DNA of 64,000 nucleotides from Burkholderiales bacterium (GTDB lineage Bacteria; Patescibacteriota; Minisyncoccia; Phycocordibacterales; UBA9973): NCBI GenBank assembly GCA_023701005.1, contig JAMPXW010000001.1, positions 35,769 to 99,768 of the forward strand, read 5' to 3'. Shown piece by piece: positions 20,901 to 28,977 of this stretch (position 1 is its first letter; each line of letters starts with the position of its first letter). The notes under the pieces were generated by a model. It saw only the letters and a program-made list of their open reading frames with translations, ran no database searches and was not told where the DNA came from. The position numbers and the translations under genes were made by a program.

Positions 20901-21974
20901 CTTAACACTATAATTCCCCGAAGTAGCAGTGCCAGCTCCAATAGAAAGTTGTGTATTAGAAGGCATTTCGGCTTGAAGCTTGTCATTACTACGATAAATA
21001 ATATAAGTTATTCCTGTAACATTTTCAGATGTCGTCACTACATTTGTAGTCACATTACTTCCCCCAGATTGTACAGAAATAGAAGAAGCAACTATATCAA
21101 CACTTAAAGTTGAAACAGGGGCTTTTACACTTGCCGTTTCGCATTGAGCAGTAGCACAGTTTGCACAACCTGAATCAGCACCTACTACTATATATTTGTG
21201 ATAATTCGTATCTAACATATTCACATATGGAAATGTAAAAGAACCCATCCCTACAGGGCCCGCAATAGTGTTAAGCAAATTTGAAGCACTAATACTATCT
21301 TTATAAAGAGTATAAGTATCAGCTCCATTATGATTATCCCATCCACTCACTACAGCTCTATAATATGGATAACTGGCATTAAGAGATGGAACAGCCGTAC
21401 ATTGAGTAGGAGCTGGGAATGTTGGGGCAGAATAATTTACCGTCACAGAAGAAGCAGCCGATTGTCCATTCGTGCCGAGACATGTGAGAGTATAAATTTC
21501 ATTTGCATATTTTGAAGTGTAAACAGTAGCACTTCCTGAAGTTGTTTTTGTTCCTGTCCATGAGCCACTAGCCGTACAAGAAAGTGCATCCGTTGTGGAC
21601 CAAGTTAGGACAATAGCTTCTCCAGTAGAAGAAAAAGTAGACTTATTTGCCGCAATCGTAACAGTCGGATTTGTATTTTTTTTACAAGTATAAAAAGTAG
21701 AAGTAAAAGCAGTTCCCTCATATTTCGTAAAAGTTCCCTGACTATTTACATTTGAATCATTTAAACAAGCGCCACTCCAATTACAATAATACCCATAATC
21801 AATACCATAATCATCAGAGTATGCTTGAACATAATCCCACTTATATCCTGGTGAGATTACTCTGGGGTCAACATCTTTATCGAAAGTAGCACAATCTACG
21901 ACAAAGGCAAAAGATGTATGTGCAGAAATTATGAACCCAAATACAAAAGCAAGTAGTATTAAAAATTTTTTCAT
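17901..21974 (-). CDS. 1357-aa secreted Ser/Thr/Gly-rich repeat protein (Ig-like/adhesin-like cell-surface protein)
   Basis: Signal peptide MKKFLILLAFVFGFIISAHTSFA. Internal duplicated modules include LTWSTTDA.SCTASG.WTGTK.TSG (three copies) and YPSR(S/D)FYLYNN (two copies). Confidence 0.8.
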   Translation of the reverse strand: MKKFLILLAFVFGFIISAHTSFAFVVDCATFDKDVDPRVISPGYKWDYVQAYSDDYGIDYGYYCNWSGACLNDSNVNSQGTFTKYEGTAFTSTFYTCKKNTNPTVTIAANKSTFSSTGEAIVLTWSTTDALSCTASGSWTGTKTTSGSATVYTSKYANEIYTLTCLGTNGQSAASSVTVNYSAPTFPAPTQCTAVPSLNASYPYYRAVVSGWDNHNGADTYTLYKDSISASNLLNTIAGPVGMGSFTFPYVNMLDTNYHKYIVVGADSGCANCATAQCETASVKAPVSTLSVDIVASSISVQSGGSNVTTNVVTTSENVTGITYIIYRSNDKLQAEMPSNTQLSIGAGTATSGNYSVKVTAVGKKADNSSITAEDTVNVIVEAAPTFPDLTAGSVTPSSASTNVATTFSADISNIGTSATSATSINHYFQLVNGTGKVATTSTAFAVNESKTVGASFTFSSSGTYYIRACADNNASFVGSITESNENNNCGDFTTVTVTTPPMSGTLWSEDGSTSCTISAGNSTCSLNSIMWNTVNPQATSAVYSPTNNSGTTVSTLVGSGNSGDVIATIHYPSRSFYLYNNAVLLSGPLTISAVCATGTTWTGSACTTNAVPTVIYPTDSSVGLSSVTLGANVSSLGVPASISERGICWRLSSGVYTAGNCAVEGGTSTGAFFVNVTGLSSGTDYRFKGYARNTTGYGYSTEGYFTTLSPAPTLNFSANPPSIVYNGTSYLTWSTTDATTCTASDAWTGTKATSGTNVSTGALTSSKTYTLECTGLGGSVTRSVTVTVGSAPVNGVCAVAHYGCTAGTNLAGTSTGGTNTVSYSNLNTNYGWICSGLNGGANASCTEVKTMSGTLSVPDCTILANASSCTSTAVWSTTNPQGTSAVTSSYPSANTTVYTGNSGSGSVTIPYPSRDFYLYNNGQLLASASGAAATVAACASGTAWNPTAGACKSYTVTGTAGTGGAITPASRTVAYGLTTTFTVTPNTDYSINTVSGCSGTLSGNTYTTGAITANCTVTATFSANTCANGATNYPTCDVFTNPLSISTPANSTITLPTTAFSASYTLTNGTGTNTDCYLLDNNQATLKTDISCTSPITYDTPAAAGVYGYYMRATKASTGETSTSDMFTVTVNDAPIPTFDISVNPTTYSVTLPDRTISATYTVTDGPASCRLLDNVGTPLNSYSPCRGSMLIAAPDIANTYGYSIQALKDSTGETDTSAFTVIVSDTPTCSNGAVNYSACTVNSSGLCINSATNPPTCTTFPPPAPTIISFTADPITIVKGESSTIKWSTMHADTCTSLTAGFNTGGAVSNSVGVIVSPTQTTTYRISCENTTSFITADSTVTVTVGEKKPGYKEN

Positions 21975-22099
21975 ATTTATAAAAATTACTAATAATTAAC
22001 AAAATAATATAAATTATACCTTAAAATAGATCAGTTGTGTAAAAAACTGTTGATAACTCACAAAAATAAAGGGTTTTTTAGAATTTTATAAAATAAAGG

Positions 22100-22128
22100 T
22101 TGATTTTTTTGAAGAAATATGGTATACT
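22100..22128 (+). promoter_or_regulatory. sigma70-like promoter: -35 TTGATT, 17-bp spacer, extended -10 TGgTATACT
   Basis: Seen directly about 70 bp upstream of the CTD-protein start. A GGAGG RBS lies 5 nt before the ATG at 22196. Confidence 0.5.
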
Positions 22129-22195
22129 CTTGACAGTTAAATAAATTGTTTCCTTGTAAATTCAATAAAAAAATAAATTACCTATGGAGGTAAAA

Positions 22196-23107
22196 ATGAA
22201 AAAGTTATTTCTTTTCGTAGTATTGTTGTACTCTTCTGCTTACTCTCAATGGGATTGGGATGCAGATAAACGTGTTGCTGTAGAAAACGGATGGCAGACT
22301 GGTGTAGAATTTTTACAATTCTACAAACCATGGGATCCAATGAATACATCTGTTAATATGAACAACAAAGATTCTATTGGGGAATTTTCTACTGCCGGGG
22401 GTTCTATATTTTTTGCTGAAAAATGGGTCGGGCAAGGAGTGTTTTTTAAAAATACTCCAAACTTACCTGTTCCAGACTATGTAACACTTGAAGTATGGTA
22501 TTTATATAGCAATAATGTAAATTCTGTAAACAGAGTTACACTCAACTTTCAAATTCAGTCTCAAACTTGGACAATTGCACCTAGTACAAATGAAACAAAC
22601 CCACTCAATGGTTCCAAAATGGTATATACCTGGGACTTAAGAAGTGTTCGAGAAAAGTTATCTCCTGGAATAATAAGAGTATATTTATTACCAAAAACCA
22701 CAGTGAGTGACTCTTGCAAAATAATTACAAAAATTGGAGTAAGAAATCTAACTTTCATTTACTCTGATGGAAGCAAAAAGGTGATAGATTTTGATTTCAC
22801 TGGAACTGACGTTCAAAACGAACCGACAATTCCAGAAAAATTTGAATTAAGTCAAAACTATCCGAATCCTTTCAACCCAACAACAAAAATTCGTTACTCT
22901 GTACCTATTGAAGCAGGACCTGTTACATTGAAGGTCTACGAATTAGCAACAGGCAAAGAAGTTGCTACTCTTGTTGATGGAGAACAAAAAGCTGCTGGCA
23001 TATACGAAGTAAATTTCGATGCTAGCAACCTTGCGTCAGGAAGATATTTCTATACAATTCAATCAAAGAATTATATAGAAACAAAAAAAATGATCCTGAT
23101 GAAATAA
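22196..23107 (+). CDS. secreted protein with T9SS-type (Por secretion system) C-terminal sorting domain; likely start is the second ATG
   Basis: Signal peptide MKKLFLFVVLLYSSAYSQ. C-terminus ELSQNYPNPFNPTTKIRYSVP...LKVYELATGKEVATLVDGEQKAAGIYEVNFDASNLASGRYFYTIQSKNYIETKKMILMK matches the Por_Secre_tail (TIGR04183) consensus. Confidence 0.7.
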   Translation: MKKLFLFVVLLYSSAYSQWDWDADKRVAVENGWQTGVEFLQFYKPWDPMNTSVNMNNKDSIGEFSTAGGSIFFAEKWVGQGVFFKNTPNLPVPDYVTLEVWYLYSNNVNSVNRVTLNFQIQSQTWTIAPSTNETNPLNGSKMVYTWDLRSVREKLSPGIIRVYLLPKTTVSDSCKIITKIGVRNLTFIYSDGSKKVIDFDFTGTDVQNEPTIPEKFELSQNYPNPFNPTTKIRYSVPIEAGPVTLKVYELATGKEVATLVDGEQKAAGIYEVNFDASNLASGRYFYTIQSKNYIETKKMILMK

Positions 23108-23180
23108 TCCCCACGGATGATTCCGTAGTGTGTGTTCTTTTTTTAATTTTAGAGAGTAAAAATGTTCGATTCAATATTGT

Positions 23181-23220
23181 GAGCCGTATGTGATCTAATC
23201 GCAGACGGCTCTTTTTTTTA
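23181..23220 (+). terminator. rho-independent terminator GAGCCGT...ACGGCTC followed by T8
   Basis: Seen directly after the CTD-protein stop. Confidence 0.6.
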
Positions 23221-23244
23221 TACAAAAATTAAAAATCTCTAAAA

Positions 23245-24021
23245 TTATTCCCAATAAATTTTTTTAAATGGGATTTCTGATGAAAAAAAACTTTTCTTAT
23301 TAAAAAATTCTTCTTTATTTACATCTTTTGGTTGCAAGCCATATAAAAAAAGCTCTCCGTTTTGTAATCCATAAAAAAGCACACAACCTTCATCATTCAC
23401 TGGTACATCAGATGATATCATCGCGTCTGGATTGGAACGAATACTATAACCAAAACGTAGTCTTAAATCCAGATAATCAATAGTATTAAAAACTCCAAAA
23501 GCATTCCTAGATCTAGTAATCACAGTTTTATAATTACCTTCTTTACAAATTAATTTTAATCTAAGAAAATCAATAATAGATCCTAAACTTCCATATGATA
23601 CATGGGAAATAGTTATTCTATCAGTAGCTTTAAATGCTAAAGAAACTAAATCATCTTTAAACGCCATTATTCCACTCCCAATCATTTTATTATTTTGATA
23701 AAAAAATAATGCCTTTATGTTAAATCCTTTATTAGTTTGTTCTTGATACCATTCTTCATCTGCTAAAATAGCATGACCATGTTCTTTCATTTTTTCTTCA
23801 TAATATACTAACCATTCAAGAAATTTTTTTTTAGTTAATTCTTCATATCTCCATTCAATACTATTTTTCTTTAAAATATCATCACTTTTAAGTAAAAAAG
23901 ACTTTAATTTTTTACCTTTTATATTATTAAATAAATCAGTTTCATTAGAAATTGGAAGATAATATAAAATTTTTTCTGGTCGTTCGATATTAAATTGTTT
24001 TAGTGAAATAGTTTTTATCAT
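23245..24021 (-). CDS. hypothetical 258-aa protein downstream of the rSAM/peptide pair (possible accessory or tailoring protein)
   Basis: No recognisable motif. It lies directly after the peptide-ORF terminator in the same orientation. Confidence 0.45.
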   Translation of the reverse strand: MIKTISLKQFNIERPEKILYYLPISNETDLFNNIKGKKLKSFLLKSDDILKKNSIEWRYEELTKKKFLEWLVYYEEKMKEHGHAILADEEWYQEQTNKGFNIKALFFYQNNKMIGSGIMAFKDDLVSLAFKATDRITISHVSYGSLGSIIDFLRLKLICKEGNYKTVITRSRNAFGVFNTIDYLDLRLRFGYSIRSNPDAMISSDVPVNDEGCVLFYGLQNGELFLYGLQPKDVNKEEFFNKKSFFSSEIPFKKIYWE

Positions 24022-24076
24022 AAAAAATTCTTATTTTTTCAAATTCTATAAATTATATACTATATACTACAAAATT

Positions 24077-24122
24077 AAAAAGAAAGGGCTGAAAAAGTTG
24101 CATAAGCCCCTTCTTTCAGCCC
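24077..24122 (-). terminator. hairpin GGGCTGAAA...TTTCAGCCC followed by a T-run on the minus strand
   Basis: Seen directly, immediately after the small Cys-rich ORF. Confidence 0.5.
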
Positions 24123-24133
24123 TTTGATGATTA

Positions 24134-24208
24134 CTACTTACAGCTCGTACAACAAGAAGCAGAATTGTTAATTACTGGCTTGATTCGAGCTATAGATACC
24201 TTCTTCAT
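24134..24208 (-). CDS. unannotated 24-aa Cys-rich peptide MKKVSIARIKPVINNSASCCTSCK (candidate RiPP precursor)
   Basis: Hand-read ORF below the track size cutoff. An AAGGAGG RBS lies 6 nt upstream of the ATG, and it is followed by a terminator. It sits 37 nt downstream of the rSAM/SPASM gene on the same strand. Confidence 0.45.
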   Translation of the reverse strand: MKKVSIARIKPVINNSASCCTSCK

Positions 24209-24244
24209 TTTTATCACCTCCTTTTCGAAGAATTATTATTATTT

Positions 24245-25414
24245 TCATACGCACCAACAACTTGGATCTGGTGCAAATGCATCATTGGTCAGAGCATAAG
24301 CTATTGCACGGCAACCTCCACAAACATTAGCCTTTATGCAAGTTCCACAAATTTTAATATACTTTTCTCGCTCTCGCATTTTTTGCAAAAATTCAGATCC
24401 AAACCATACACGGAAAAAAGTATCGTATCTTGCGTCTCCCAATATTATAGGAAGACGACGGCAAGGAAGAAACTTTCCAGATGGATCAATAGTCAAAGTC
24501 GTATACCCAACTGGGCAAAAACCACTACTACCAACTGCACTCCAAAGAGGGCGAGTAGAAAGTAAACTAATTGAGTGCTCTTTCTGTAAAAATGCAATAC
24601 TCTCGATTACATCATGATTCTCATTTGGAGTCAGCATTTCTTCTTGTGCCCCAGGACCAATCGGGACCAGACTAGAGAAATTAATTCGTTTAACTTCCAA
24701 TCTTTCCATTTCTCTTATAAATTCAGGAATAGCTTTTATGTTACGTCGCATAATTACATAATGTACGCTAACTTTCAGCCCAGCAGCAAGATATGTCTTA
24801 ATACCATTCACCGCTTTATAATAATTTCCTGTTCCCCTGATTTCGTCATGAACCATCTCTGTACCATCAATACTTATCTGTACTCCTACATCATTACGAA
24901 TCAAACATTCAAGAAGTTCGGTTTTTGGAGGAATTGTACCATTTGTTAAAACGTATGGTTTAATATATACATCCTGACTTTTTGTATAATCGATCAGTTC
25001 TATCAAACGATAATAAAGAAGTGTTTCTCCTCCAGTAAACGAGATTTCTCCATCCATTTCCATCTTTTTTAGAAAAACAACAAAGTTATCAAGTACTACA
25101 AGATTCTGTTCAAAAGTAAGAGAAGTAACCGGATCTTTCCAATCATAGCAGTGAAGGCATTTTAAATTACAATCATTCAAAAGATGTAATTGTAAAAGAA
25201 ATTTATTTCGATCTTTCTTTTCTGATGAATCAACCAAAAGCCCTTCGTTGAACATAAAATTAAAAATATCACTTTTATTAAATAAATATTCTAAAGTATT
25301 TAAATTTGATAACAACATCCTCCCGTCTTGCTCTACTTCATACAACTCCCCTGTTTTTACATTCATTAAATATTGACCTAAATCGATCACATCTCGAGAT
25401 AATTTATAACTCAT
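24245..25414 (-). CDS. radical SAM/SPASM-domain peptide-maturase-like enzyme (start taken at Met34, which has an AAGGAG RBS)
   Basis: CNLKCLHCYDW (CxxxCxxC), SFTGGETLL, and C-terminal CGTCIKANVCGGCRAIAY...DPSCWC SPASM cysteines. About 90 aa precede the rSAM core. Confidence 0.85.
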   Translation of the reverse strand: MSYKLSRDVIDLGQYLMNVKTGELYEVEQDGRMLLSNLNTLEYLFNKSDIFNFMFNEGLLVDSSEKKDRNKFLLQLHLLNDCNLKCLHCYDWKDPVTSLTFEQNLVVLDNFVVFLKKMEMDGEISFTGGETLLYYRLIELIDYTKSQDVYIKPYVLTNGTIPPKTELLECLIRNDVGVQISIDGTEMVHDEIRGTGNYYKAVNGIKTYLAAGLKVSVHYVIMRRNIKAIPEFIREMERLEVKRINFSSLVPIGPGAQEEMLTPNENHDVIESIAFLQKEHSISLLSTRPLWSAVGSSGFCPVGYTTLTIDPSGKFLPCRRLPIILGDARYDTFFRVWFGSEFLQKMREREKYIKICGTCIKANVCGGCRAIAYALTNDAFAPDPSCWCV

Positions 25415-25499
25415 ATTCCAACTCCTTATATTATTTATTATTTTCAATGAATTTCTTTTTTTCAAAATACCATAAAAATACAAAAAGTAAAGCTTCACT

Positions 25500-25521
25500 G
25501 GTAATGTGTACACACATTACC
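25500..25521. promoter_or_regulatory. 22-bp perfect inverted repeat GGTAATGTGT-AC-ACACATTACC (operator candidate) in the divergent rSAM/nusA region
   Basis: Seen directly. It lies about 85 bp upstream of the rSAM start codon. Confidence 0.35.
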
Positions 25522-25569
25522 TAAAGAGATTGCAAAATTTTGATACTGTGATACTATATATATGTACGA

Positions 25570-25597
25570 GTCCTGTCGAAACAGGGCTTTTATTTTT
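25570..25597 (+). terminator. terminator-like hairpin CCTGTCGAAACAGG followed by a T-run, inside the nusA 5' leader (attenuator candidate)
   Basis: Seen directly. No plus-strand gene ends upstream of it. Confidence 0.35.
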
Positions 25598-25702
25598 CCC
25601 TCCTTCGTATAAAGCCTTGGATGGACAAGAGAACAATTTAATAATAATTAATGGGCCTTATTGTTAACTAAAACCTAGCAACTAGAACCTAAAACCTAAT
25701 TT

Positions 25703-26860
25703 ATGTTAGACATAAAAACATTTAAATCAGCTTTGGAACAACTAGAAGAAGAAAAGAAAATTCCAAAAGAAAAAATATTAGATGCCATAGAACAAGCAAT
25801 GGCAGCTGCTTATAAAAAAGATTACGGCAAGAAAGGACAGATAATCCGAGCCAAATTTGATTTAGAAACTGGTAAAACAGATTTCTATCAAGTAAAGATC
25901 GTTGTCGATGAAACTATCGCAAAGATAGAAGAAGACGTTGAGGAAAAAGAATATTCTGTCAAAGAAGATGGTGATGAGAGAGTTCGTTTCAATGAAGAAC
26001 ATCACATCATGCTCGAAGATGCTAAAAAAATAAAAAAGAATGTAGAGCTCAACGATGAAGTCGTCTTCCCTCTTGAGGCAAAAGACGATTACGGACGCAT
26101 CGCCGCTCAGACAGCTAAACAAGTCATCATTCAAAGAATTCGTGAAGCTGAAAGAACTTCCATCATTGATGAATATGGCACAAAAGAAGGAGAAATAATC
26201 AGTGGAATGGTTCAAAAGATAGAAAGAGGTAATGTGTATGTAGATTTCAATCGTGCTACAGGTATTTTGCCAGCAGAAGAACAAATCCCTGGAGAATTCT
26301 TCCAGAGAGGTCAACGTATTCGCGCTTATTTATATTCAGTAGAAGATACACAAAGAGGAATCAATTTAAGACTTTCTCGTACACATCCTAAATTTATAGA
26401 AAAACTTTTTGCTATAGAAGCTCCAGAAATAGAAAATGGAACTGTGGAAATAAAATCCATAGCCAGAGAAGCTGGTGCCCGTTCAAAAATAGCAGTATTT
26501 TCAAACGATGAACACATCGATCCTGTAGGTTCATGTGTCGGACAAAAAGGCACTAGAGTAAATACGATCACCCAAGAACTCTTGGGAGAAAAGATAGACA
26601 TAATACCTTGGTCTGAAGATCCAAAAGTATTCGTAGCAAATTCTCTTTCGCCAGCAAAAGTTTTATCAATAGAAGTAGATGAAAAAGATCACAAAGCTGT
26701 CATAGAAGTAGCCGATGATCAACTTTCCCTCGCTATAGGTAAAGGTGGACAAAATGTACGCCTCGCAGCCAAACTCACAGGATGGAGAATCGACATAAAA
26801 GGAAATGGTAAAGAAGTCGCTTCTACAGACGGTGAAGAAGTAGAAGTTTTAGAAGAATAA
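25703..26860 (+). CDS. nusA: transcription termination/antitermination factor NusA (short form without AR repeats)
   Basis: N-terminal NusA domain, S1-like domain and tandem KH domains (SLAIGKGGQNVRLAAKLTGWRIDIK). Confidence 0.9.
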   Translation: MLDIKTFKSALEQLEEEKKIPKEKILDAIEQAMAAAYKKDYGKKGQIIRAKFDLETGKTDFYQVKIVVDETIAKIEEDVEEKEYSVKEDGDERVRFNEEHHIMLEDAKKIKKNVELNDEVVFPLEAKDDYGRIAAQTAKQVIIQRIREAERTSIIDEYGTKEGEIISGMVQKIERGNVYVDFNRATGILPAEEQIPGEFFQRGQRIRAYLYSVEDTQRGINLRLSRTHPKFIEKLFAIEAPEIENGTVEIKSIAREAGARSKIAVFSNDEHIDPVGSCVGQKGTRVNTITQELLGEKIDIIPWSEDPKVFVANSLSPAKVLSIEVDEKDHKAVIEVADDQLSLAIGKGGQNVRLAAKLTGWRIDIKGNGKEVASTDGEEVEVLEE

Positions 26861-26897
26861 AAAATATTGCTCTCAGTTTTTTTATTAAACTCCAATT

Positions 26898-26927
26898 AAA
26901 AAGCCCCCGCAGTAGCGGGGGCTTTTT
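26898..26927. terminator. bidirectional terminator AAAAGCCCCCGC-AGTA-GCGGGGGCTTTTT
   Basis: Seen directly between convergent nusA and hppA. Confidence 0.6.
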
Positions 26928-26946
26928 AATTATATTTACTAAAACT

Positions 26947-28977
26947 TTAGATAAACAAAGCTACCAAAGCTAGAGAAAGAGTTCCCAACAATTTTACCAA
27001 CACGTGTAGTGATGGACCAACTGTGTCTTTGAATGGATCCCCTACTGTGTCTCCAGTGACAGCTGCCTTGTGAGCATCTCCACCTTTACCACCTAGATTC
27101 CCCATTTCAATATATTTCTTAGCATTGTCCCAAGCACCTCCAGCATTGTTCATAAGAGTTGCCAATAATACGCCAGCGATTGTACCGATCATTATAAATC
27201 CAGCTAAAGCTTCTGCCTTCATTGTAACTCCGACAACGATAGGAATGATAACTGCGATTAATCCTGGAATAATCATTTCTTTCAAAGCTGCTTTTGTAGT
27301 TATGTCTACACAAGTAGCATAATCTGGCTTACTTGTTCCAGCCATTATTCCTGCATCAGCTTTAAATTGACGTCGTACTTCTTCAACAATTTTTCCAGCT
27401 GCTTTACCTACAGCTCTCATTGTTAAACCTGAGAAGAAAAATATCAACATTGCTCCTATAAGAGCAGCTACGAAAACTTCAACTTTTGCTAAGTCAACAA
27501 TAGTCATTCCAGCCTCTGTTAAGAATGCTGAGAAAAGTAAGAATGCAGCAAGCGCGGCACTTCCCATAGCATATCCCTTTGTCAAAGCCTTTGTTGTGTT
27601 CCCTGCAGAATCAAGCTTGTCTGTTCTTTCTCTTACTTCTTTTGAAGCACCAGACATTTCTGCGATACCTCCTGCATTATCAGTAATAGGACCGAAAGTA
27701 TCCATAGCCAATATATAAGCTGCTGTTGAAAGCATACCCATAGTAGCTACAGCTGTACCATAAAGACCTCCATGTTCAAATCCTGTCATTGCTCCCAATT
27801 TAAATGAAGCGAGTAATGCAGCAGAAATAGTGACGACGGTTGCTGCTGTACATTCAAAACCGATTGAAAGACCCGCGATTATGTTTGTAGCATGACCTGT
27901 CTTTGAAGCCTCTGCGATGTCTTGAACTGGCCTGTATTTATGTTCTGTATAGTATTGAGTAATGAATACGAAAGCGATACTTGCTACGATACCTACCAAT
28001 CCTGCATAAAACATCAATATACTACCAAGCATTTCCATAGTTACGAAATAAAAAGCTATTGTAGCTAATAGAGAAGTTACGAAATAACCTTTATTTAAAG
28101 CTTTCAAAGGTTCATCTGTTTCTTTTGCTTTTGCAAACAAAACTCCAACCACTGCTGCCAATAATCCGAAACCTCTTATAACCAATGGGAAAATAATACC
28201 GTTAATTCCAAAATAAGGATAAAGAGCAACACCGAGAATCATAGCCCCGATATTTTCTGCAGCTGTTGATTCAAATAAGTCAGCACCTCTACCTGCACAG
28301 TCTCCTACGTTGTCACCAACTAAGTCTGCGATAACTGCTGGGTTTCTTGCGTCATCTTCTGGAATTCCTGCTTCAACTTTTCCAACCAAATCTGCCCCGA
28401 CGTCTGCTGCCTTTGTGTAGATTCCTCCACCAAGCTGTGCAAACAAAGCGACCAAACTAGCTCCGAATCCGAAACCAACCAATAGATGAGGTATTTCAAT
28501 AGCTGTATAACCCATCCAACCATATATATAATAAAGTCCTGTTATACCAATCAAGCTCAAAGCTACAATGGTTATACCAGAAACTGCTCCAGCTCTAAGG
28601 GCAATAGTCAAAGCCTTACTGAAACTCGTCTGTGCTGCAGAAGCTGTTCGAATATTTGAACGAACAGAAATCCACATGCCGATAAGGCCAGAAACACTAG
28701 AACATATAGCACCCAATATGAAAGCCAAGCTCACTTGAAGACCTGCAAGAGATTTTCCATTCAAAGCATAGACTCCATAAAGAACTAAAGCCAAAACAAC
28801 TGTAATAATAGCAATTGTTTGGTATTGTCTTTTCAAAAATGCGTTCGCACCTTTCTTTATAGCTTCATAGATTTCTTGCATTTTAGCTGTACCCATATCG
28901 TTTTTCTTTATCCAAAAAACGAGCCATCCTGCAAAAAACAAAGCGACAATAGAAATAATAAATGAAGTTAATAACAT
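26947..28977 (-). CDS. hppA: membrane-bound ion-translocating pyrophosphatase
   Basis: GGGIYTKAADVGADLVGKVE and DNVGDNVGDCAGRGADLFES motifs, and about 16 TM segments. Confidence 0.9.
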   Translation of the reverse strand: MLLTSFIISIVALFFAGWLVFWIKKNDMGTAKMQEIYEAIKKGANAFLKRQYQTIAIITVVLALVLYGVYALNGKSLAGLQVSLAFILGAICSSVSGLIGMWISVRSNIRTASAAQTSFSKALTIALRAGAVSGITIVALSLIGITGLYYIYGWMGYTAIEIPHLLVGFGFGASLVALFAQLGGGIYTKAADVGADLVGKVEAGIPEDDARNPAVIADLVGDNVGDCAGRGADLFESTAAENIGAMILGVALYPYFGINGIIFPLVIRGFGLLAAVVGVLFAKAKETDEPLKALNKGYFVTSLLATIAFYFVTMEMLGSILMFYAGLVGIVASIAFVFITQYYTEHKYRPVQDIAEASKTGHATNIIAGLSIGFECTAATVVTISAALLASFKLGAMTGFEHGGLYGTAVATMGMLSTAAYILAMDTFGPITDNAGGIAEMSGASKEVRERTDKLDSAGNTTKALTKGYAMGSAALAAFLLFSAFLTEAGMTIVDLAKVEVFVAALIGAMLIFFFSGLTMRAVGKAAGKIVEEVRRQFKADAGIMAGTSKPDYATCVDITTKAALKEMIIPGLIAVIIPIVVGVTMKAEALAGFIMIGTIAGVLLATLMNNAGGAWDNAKKYIEMGNLGGKGGDAHKAAVTGDTVGDPFKDTVGPSLHVLVKLLGTLSLALVALFI

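Noticed and set aside
25415-25513. 33-aa N-terminal extension of the rSAM ORF (MYTLPVKLYFLYFYGILKKRNSLKIINNIRSWN).
   Set aside because: There is no RBS, whereas an AAGGAG RBS precedes the internal Met at 25414. The extension is hydrophobic junk-like.
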